Source: Nitrospirota bacterium (GTDB lineage: Bacteria; Nitrospirota; Nitrospiria; Nitrospirales; Nitrospiraceae). Taken from it: a stretch of 64,000 nt of DNA. A model generated the notes under the pieces. That model saw only the letters and a list, made by a program, of their open reading frames with translations. It had not been told where the DNA came from and ran no database searches. A program made the translations under genes and the position numbers. The DNA lies in assembly GCA_963701855.1 (NCBI GenBank), contig CAVPBK010000001.1, positions 64,001 through 128,000 on the forward strand. Direction: 5' to 3'. Numbering within the stretch: the stretch's first letter is position 1; each line of letters opens with the position of its first letter. This document shows, one piece after another, positions 58,124 through 64,000 of this stretch.

Positions 58124-59029
58124 ATGCGAATTCTTTGTGCTGTGGATGGGTCTGAATGTTCACGGTGGGGGGTGCAAGCACTCAAAGCGCTCGCCGACCT
58201 GGAGCCGGAGACTGTGACGCTTCTTCATGTAGTCGATCCTTCGGCCCTCCGAGCGGGCAAAGGCAGGAATCCCGTGGCAGAGAAGCGCGCCCTGGCCGCC
58301 ATGGAGAAGGCCGGTGAAATCCTTCTCCACGAGGCAGAGCGATTGGCTCGTGTCGCCCTCGGACAGGCCACGACCGGCCCCCACACCAAATTTCACACTA
58401 CCTTAGTCCATGGCCCCCTCACCCGTACGATCGTGCGACAGGCGGTGCGGGTGAAGGCCGATCTCATCCTCATCGGGTCCCGCGGGTTGAGCGACATTCG
58501 TGGATTCTTGATGGGAAGCATCTCCCGGCAGATCGCGTCGATTGCTCCCTGTTCAATCCTCGTTGTGAAACAGCCACTCCCGCGACTGACGCGTGTGGTC
58601 CTTGCGGTTGATGACTCAAAGCACTCCCGAGCAGCCGCTCGATTTCTTCGATCCTTCATTCTTCCGGAATCCGCCACGACCACCATCCTCTCCTCGGCCG
58701 AGAGACCGGTGACCGACTTGGCCGTTCGGTACTTATCCAAAACCCAAGTAGCAGAGTTGGAACGACCGGTCCTCGAACGAGCCACGCGACTGGTCACGGC
58801 ATTGCGGGATGAATTTCTCAAAGAAGGCTACGCCGTCGTCACAGACGTGCAGATGGACCACGTCATCGACACCATCGTCAAACAGGTGGAGACGGATCAT
58901 GCTGACCTCCTGGTGATCGGGTCTCGCGACTTGACTAAGAGCGAGCGGCTCTATCTCGGCAGCGTCTCGGAAAGTCTCCTGAGACACGTCCCTTGTTCCA
59001 TCCTGATCGTGCGAGGCCGGCGTGCCTAA
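58124..59029 (+). CDS. universal stress protein (tandem USP domains)
   Basis: MRILCAVDGS, GSRGLS....F.MGSIS, GSR.......LGSVSE. Confidence 0.92.
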   Translation: MRILCAVDGSECSRWGVQALKALADLEPETVTLLHVVDPSALRAGKGRNPVAEKRALAAMEKAGEILLHEAERLARVALGQATTGPHTKFHTTLVHGPLTRTIVRQAVRVKADLILIGSRGLSDIRGFLMGSISRQIASIAPCSILVVKQPLPRLTRVVLAVDDSKHSRAAARFLRSFILPESATTTILSSAERPVTDLAVRYLSKTQVAELERPVLERATRLVTALRDEFLKEGYAVVTDVQMDHVIDTIVKQVETDHADLLVIGSRDLTKSERLYLGSVSESLLRHVPCSILIVRGRRA

Positions 59030-60215
59030 CCTCGACGAGCTACCGCTCCACCAACTCACGGTTGCTGAGATCTTCAAACACCTGGAAACCAGTGAAGGCG
59101 GCTTGTCACCCGAAGAGGCACAGCAGCGGCTCAGTCGGTATGGCCCCAATGTTCTGGAGGAGCCGGGTCACTATTCATTGATTCGAGGGTTCCTCCACCA
59201 GTTCACCCACTTTCTGGCAATTTTGCTCTGGATCGCCACCGCTCTGGCTTTCACCGCAGAATTCATGAAGCCCGGCGAAGGTATGGCCACGCTCGGCTGG
59301 GCAATCCTCGGTGTGATCGTCATCAACGCCGTCTTTGCCTTCTTTCAGGAATATAAAGCGGAGCGCGCGGTGCATGCCCTTCATCGACTCCTTCCTGCCA
59401 GAGCCTGGGTGCTACGAGGCAATCAACCGCATGACGTGTCGCGGAGTGAGATCGTGCCGGGTGACGTGCTCTTGATCGAGGAGGGAGAGCAGGTCCCTGC
59501 CGACGCCCGGCTCATCGAAGCATCCGACATGCGTGTCGACCTCTCCTCTCTCACAGGCAAATCCCAACCGAAGCGGCGGACGGCGGAGCCGGTCATCGAT
59601 GGACATCTCCAGGACATTCCCAATCTCGTATTCGCCGGTACCCCCGTGCTCTCCGGCAGAGGTCGGGCGGTCGTGTTCGCCACCGGCATGCAGACGGAAT
59701 TCGGCAAGATCGCCCGCCTCTCCACGAGCGTGGAGACAGGTCTCAGCCCGCTGCAGAAAGAGATCGCGAAGGTCACCCATGTGGTCGCAATGCTGTCGGT
59801 CGCCATGGGCGGAGTCTTTTTCGTCATCGGCGTCTCCATGGGCTTGGGCTTCTGGATCAGCGCGATCTTCGGGATCGGTATCATCGTGGCGAACGTGCCG
59901 GAAGGACTGCTCCCCACTGTGACGCTGGCCTTGGCGTTGGGCAGCCAGCGCATGGCCGCATTCCGACTGGGCATCTTCACCAATCAGCTGATACTTTGGG
60001 GTCTTGTCACTGAACTCACCCTCCTCGCGTTGATCGTCTACACCCCATTAGGAAATGCCATCTTTGGAACAAGCCCCTTGCCTGCCTGGATCTTCGGGCC
60101 ACTCGCGCTGGGCGCCCTTGTGCTGTTATTCGCAGAGGAAAGTCGCAAGTTCATCGTCAACCGATTCACAAACAATCGCGCAGGCGGAGTCACGCAACAA
60201 GCGGGCACATCATGA
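59022..60215 (+). pseudogene. P2-type cation ATPase with large in-frame internal deletion
   Basis: GLS.EEA..RL..YGPN, VPGD, VPADAR, TGKS (for TGES), VANVPEGL, then QRMA joined directly to AFRLGIFTN; no DKTGT, KGAP or GDGxND. Confidence 0.85.
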
Positions 60216-61549
60216 CCAGTAAACCCCAAGACCCGATTCGTGAGGTCCCTGTCACGGAGATCCTCCCCCCCGGATCTTCTTCAACTCCGGCTCGCCATTC
60301 GTCAAGTCCATTATCCGACCATGAACACCGGCTCCCCGCCTCCATGCCCGTTCTCCCTCCACCACAGACCGGGCTCCGTGTTCGCTGGCTCATCGGCATC
60401 GTGACCCTGCTCGCGATCATCGGGGCAGGTGCCTGGTATTGGTGGATGGCCGGGACTCCACCGGTTTACTACAACACCGCGCTGGTCGATAGAGGCCCCA
60501 TCACCGCGATTGTCACAGCCACAGGCACAGTCAATCCGGTCGTGTCGGTGCAGGTGGGCAGCCAAGTCTCCGGCAAAATTACTCAGCTGATGGTGGACTT
60601 CAATTCCGTGGTCACGAAGGGTCAGGTCCTGGCCACGATCGACCCGCAACCGTTCCAAGCGAGGGTGAGTCAGGCCCGCGCATCGCTCAAGAGCGGGCGT
60701 GGCAATCTGGCGAAAGCAAAAAACATGGCGAACCAGCGAAGACTCGAACTCGATCGCATGACGACCCTGCTCCGGCAGCAATTCGTCTCTCAGGCGGATC
60801 TCGACCTTGCCGCCACAAACTTCCGTGACGCCCAGGCCCAAGTCGAGGTCGAGCAGGCGCAGGTGGATCAAGCGGTGGCCACATTGGCCTCGGCTGAGCT
60901 CGATCTCGGCTATACCACGATCTATTCCCCGGTCAACGGCATCGTGGTGTCCCGCAATGTCGATGTCGGCCAAACCGTCGCCGCCAGTTTCCAAACGCCG
61001 ACCCTCTTCGTGATCGCCCAGAACCTGACTCAGATGCAGGTGGACACCAACGTCAGCGAATCCGACATCGGAGGTGTGGCAGAAGGAAAACCCGCCAACT
61101 TCCGCGTGGACGCCTATCCCAAACAGTTCTTCGAGGGCACCGTGACACAGGTGCGCAACGCGCCGATCAGCATCCAGAACGTGGTGACCTACGACGTGGT
61201 GATCACGGTGGACAATCGGGAACTCAAGCTTAAGCCCGGGATGACGGCGAACGTGACGATCGTGACGGCCAAGAAAGAAAATCCTCTACGCGTACCGAAT
61301 GGGGCATTGCGCTTCCGGATGCCGGCGGTCCCGGTGGACCGCAAGGTCACGCAGGTATGGGTAATGGATCAGGCGAAGCAGGTGCGGCAGACGGCGATCA
61401 CCACTGGCATCGCCGACTCCCTCTTCACAGAAATCGCCGAGGGAACGCTGAAGGAAGGAGACCAGGTGATCCTGGGGATTGAGACGCCAGAAGAACAAGC
61501 CCAGAAGAAGTTGCCGCCGGGCTTCGAAGGCGGCCCGAGGATAAGATGA
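60212..61549 (+). CDS. MacA-like periplasmic adaptor
   Basis: TM anchor, VTATGTVNPV..V.VGSQVSG, VDVGQTVAASFQTPTLF, LKPGMTANV. Confidence 0.92.
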   Translation: MTSKPQDPIREVPVTEILPPGSSSTPARHSSSPLSDHEHRLPASMPVLPPPQTGLRVRWLIGIVTLLAIIGAGAWYWWMAGTPPVYYNTALVDRGPITAIVTATGTVNPVVSVQVGSQVSGKITQLMVDFNSVVTKGQVLATIDPQPFQARVSQARASLKSGRGNLAKAKNMANQRRLELDRMTTLLRQQFVSQADLDLAATNFRDAQAQVEVEQAQVDQAVATLASAELDLGYTTIYSPVNGIVVSRNVDVGQTVAASFQTPTLFVIAQNLTQMQVDTNVSESDIGGVAEGKPANFRVDAYPKQFFEGTVTQVRNAPISIQNVVTYDVVITVDNRELKLKPGMTANVTIVTAKKENPLRVPNGALRFRMPAVPVDRKVTQVWVMDQAKQVRQTAITTGIADSLFTEIAEGTLKEGDQVILGIETPEEQAQKKLPPGFEGGPRIR

Positions 61550-61552
61550 AAA

Positions 61553-61638
61553 GCTGGTCTGTTGGGTCTGTTCCGTCTATCTGGTCTGTCTGGTTGTTAA
61601 CCAGAAGAACGAGACAGACCACATAGACCAAATACACC
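61553..61638. repeat. 9-bp-period inverted hairpin between adaptor and permease genes
   Basis: TGGTCTGTT GGGTCTGTT CCGTCTATC TGGTCTGTC mirrored by GAGACAGAC CACATAGAC CAAATACAC. Confidence 0.7.
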
Positions 61639-62871
61639 ATGTCTTTTCTCTGGCTCACCATTCTTTCCGCCCTCCGCATCCTCCGCCGCAATCCGCTGCG
61701 CGCGGGGCTGACCATGCTCGGCATCATCATCGGCATCGGCGCCGTCGTGGCGATGGTCAGCTTGGGTCAGGGCGCTACCGCCTCCGTCCAGACTGAAATC
61801 ACCAGCCTAGGCACCAATGTGATGATCATCGTCCCCGGAGCGACCACTGTCGGGGGCGTGCGCGGCGGACTCGGCTCGATTTCCACGCTCACGGTCGACG
61901 ATGCGGAGGACATCCGAACCAAAGTCGGGAGTGTCACGACGGTGATATACGGCTCGCGATCCGTCTTGCAGGTCATACACGAGAACAAGAATTGGAGCAC
62001 CGTCGTCGTCGGCACGACGCCCGAATTCCCCGACATCCGCAGTTGGCCGATTGCCCAAGGCAACTTCTTCACGCAGTCTGATATGGATTCCGCCGCAAAA
62101 GTAGTCGTGCTGGGAAAAACCGCGGCCCAGAATCTGTTCGAGCCTGGCGAAGAGATGGTGGGAGCCGAGATTCGCATCAGAAACACCCCGCTCCGTGTGA
62201 TTGGGATCCTGGCGCCAAAGGGTCAATCGATCAGTGGTCAGGACCAAGACGACCTGGTGGTGCTTCCCTTCTCGACGGCTGAACGGAAAGTCCTGGGCAC
62301 AAAGTTTCTCGGAACCGTCGGGATCATGCTGGTCGCCACACAGACGCGCTATGAGATCCCTGCCGTCGTCGCGGACATCAAAGAGCTCTTGCGTGCACGT
62401 CATCACCTCCCCGCATCGGAGGAGGATGACTTCACCATCCGCACAATGGAAGATATCGCCAAGACCATCGCCGGCACGAGCCGGACGATGATGCTCATGC
62501 TGATGGGCATTGCGTCGATCTCGCTGATCGTCGGCGGGATCGGCATCATGAATATTCTTTTGGTGTCAGTCACGGAACGGACGAAAGAAATCGGGCTTCG
62601 CATGGCCGTCGGCGCGAAACGCGCGCATATTCTGCTTCAATTTCTGATCGAAGCAATCATCATGACCGCGATTGGCGGAGCGCTCGGCGTCGGTGCCGGA
62701 ATCGGAATCGCGCGCCTGCTGACCACCATGATCGGATGGCCGACCATTATCTCTCCAGAGGCCGTCGTCAGTTCGTTTCTATTTTCTCTGATCGTGGGCG
62801 TCTTCTTCGGCCTGTATCCCGCAAACAAAGCGTCGAAAATGAACCCCATCGAGGCGCTGCGCTACGAGTGA
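61639..62871 (+). CDS. MacB-type ABC transporter permease (no fused ATPase)
   Basis: LTMLGIIIGI.AVV, VGGIGIMNI.LVSVTERTKEIGLR.AVGA, YPA.KA..MNPIEALRYE. Confidence 0.93.
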   Translation: MSFLWLTILSALRILRRNPLRAGLTMLGIIIGIGAVVAMVSLGQGATASVQTEITSLGTNVMIIVPGATTVGGVRGGLGSISTLTVDDAEDIRTKVGSVTTVIYGSRSVLQVIHENKNWSTVVVGTTPEFPDIRSWPIAQGNFFTQSDMDSAAKVVVLGKTAAQNLFEPGEEMVGAEIRIRNTPLRVIGILAPKGQSISGQDQDDLVVLPFSTAERKVLGTKFLGTVGIMLVATQTRYEIPAVVADIKELLRARHHLPASEEDDFTIRTMEDIAKTIAGTSRTMMLMLMGIASISLIVGGIGIMNILLVSVTERTKEIGLRMAVGAKRAHILLQFLIEAIIMTAIGGALGVGAGIGIARLLTTMIGWPTIISPEAVVSSFLFSLIVGVFFGLYPANKASKMNPIEALRYE

Positions 62872-62874
62872 GGT

Positions 62875-63105
62875 CTGGTACACGCATCGCGCGAGCACAT
62901 TCTGATTGTGCGGCCTCGGCGAGTAAGAAGGATGGTTTGGCTGTTCCTTCCCTCCAAGCTCGCTCGTTTCCTCTCCCAACCTCTGCGCCCGAACGTGACA
63001 CAGAAAGGGCGGCCTGGGCCATCCCGTGCTCGCGGAACCCCCACTTCAGAAAGCGGTCGTTCGACGCGCGCAGTTTGGGATTCACCCAGGCCGCCCTTTC
63101 ACTTC
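62875..63105. repeat. GC-rich intergenic repeat related to 2310-2640
   Basis: CGAGCACATTCT.AT.GTGCG, CCCTCCAAGCTCGCT and CGGTCGTTCGACGCGCGCAGT segments shared with 2318-2375 and 2546-2625. Confidence 0.6.
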
Positions 63106-63123
63106 CTATAGTTCGTCCCAGCC

Positions 63124-63606
63124 CTATTCCTTTGCCTGAACCCCAGGATGATAGGTGCCATACACATACACGGGGATGGACAGGTGGCCGAGATGTTTTT
63201 CCAGCAGCGGCTTCACGTCTTTCCAGTCGAGCCCGCCCACGCCGGTGGCCAGACGCGGAAGCGCAACGCTCTTGAACTTTTCTGCTTCGATCACCTTGCC
63301 CAACTCTTTGAGACAGTGATTCACGTTCTCAATCGTGGCCCGGCCTGGCTTGTCCCCATAACTGGCAGCAGCCTCCTGAGTATACAGATTCACTATCCGA
63401 ACAGCTCCGACGCCGGACCAAGTCCATAACCCGCCGCTCTTGGGGGTAAACGTCTGAGAGTAATGCCTGAAGTCCTTATACATTGCCGGCCACCGCTCTC
63501 TGAGCGCCAAGGCTAACCCGTTTGTAAAGTTGTCGTTCGGTGCGACGCCATGCGCCAGGACCTCCGCCTTAGTCAGCAAAATATCTCCTGCCACTTCCTT
63601 CAACAT
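63124..63606 (-). CDS. macro-domain protein (Poa1p/Appr-1-p type)
   Basis: EVAGDIL, AHGV, GLALALRERWP, IVNLYTQ, VALPRLATGVGGLDW. Confidence 0.88.
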   Translation of the reverse strand: MLKEVAGDILLTKAEVLAHGVAPNDNFTNGLALALRERWPAMYKDFRHYSQTFTPKSGGLWTWSGVGAVRIVNLYTQEAAASYGDKPGRATIENVNHCLKELGKVIEAEKFKSVALPRLATGVGGLDWKDVKPLLEKHLGHLSIPVYVYGTYHPGVQAKE

Positions 63607-63738
63607 GTCACGTCCTCCTCCATGCAAGTTAGAAATGGGTCGCAAATTTTATCACAAAGGGCGAGATGAGTCTCCGCTGCACTCACACCACGAAATAGTT
63701 CACAGACACTCGTTTTCTTTTCCGATTGATTGAAGGGT

Positions 63739-63932
63739 TAGCCCACATTATTCATGAGGACTTCTGCTGCAATCGCCGATCTGCTGCTACGACGAGCCTC
63801 CGGCTGGCGAGCTCGCCCCCCGGCCCCCCCACATACTGCACGAGTACGCATCGGATCCTTACGGCTCCGCCCGCCGGTCTCGCGACGCGGCTCAGCGATT
63901 TCGCAACGAACCGTCATGAATAATGCGGGCTA
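63739..63932. mobile_element. MITE-like family 2 element
   Basis: TAGCCCACATTATTCATGA...TCATGAATAATGCGGGCTA near-perfect TIR. Confidence 0.8.
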
Positions 63933-64000
63933 GGAGCGAAACGGTTTAACATCACCTGACTTGCGCAACATCTTGTTCACCTCGTCAAGGTGCAGTTCTT
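63930..64000 (-). CDS. 3' end of a possible ferritin/bacterioferritin-like gene (runs off the window)
   Basis: ...ELHLDEVNKMLRKSGDVKPFRS*; only ~22 codons visible. Confidence 0.35.
   Translation of the reverse strand, partial: ELHLDEVNKMLRKSGDVKPFRS

Overview
GC-rich bacterial chromosomal window. It is most likely Nitrospira-like; this is an inference from gene content and intergenic repeat style. No rRNA, intact tRNA, CRISPR array or transposase/integrase gene was seen. It reads as a stress/low-oxygen accessory neighbourhood. Genes include zwf, a CzcCBA-type efflux operon with a leader ORF, trehalose genes (otsB, a membrane-sensor-fused otsA, divergent GH15), and a ~13 kb minus-strand run (USPs, cupredoxin, DUF2934, NAD-linked formate dehydrogenase fdsGBA, focA, PPi-PFK) behind a consensus sigma-54 promoter. 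It also has a CheB/CheR-PAS kinase-NarL cassette next to a degenerate globin-DHp/receiver pair, an APH-like plus P-loop kinase pair, c-type cytochromes, CBS proteins, an internally deleted P-type ATPase, a MacAB-like pair without ATPase and a macro-domain protein. The intergenic DNA is unusually structured. It holds two MITE-like families with shared terminal inverted repeats and swappable interiors, and about ten short-period inverted hairpins, one of which still encloses the 3' end of a four-helix-bundle-like gene. Two related att-like remnants with tRNA-Arg-like cores are also present. All family assignments come from motif recognition by eye, not database searches.
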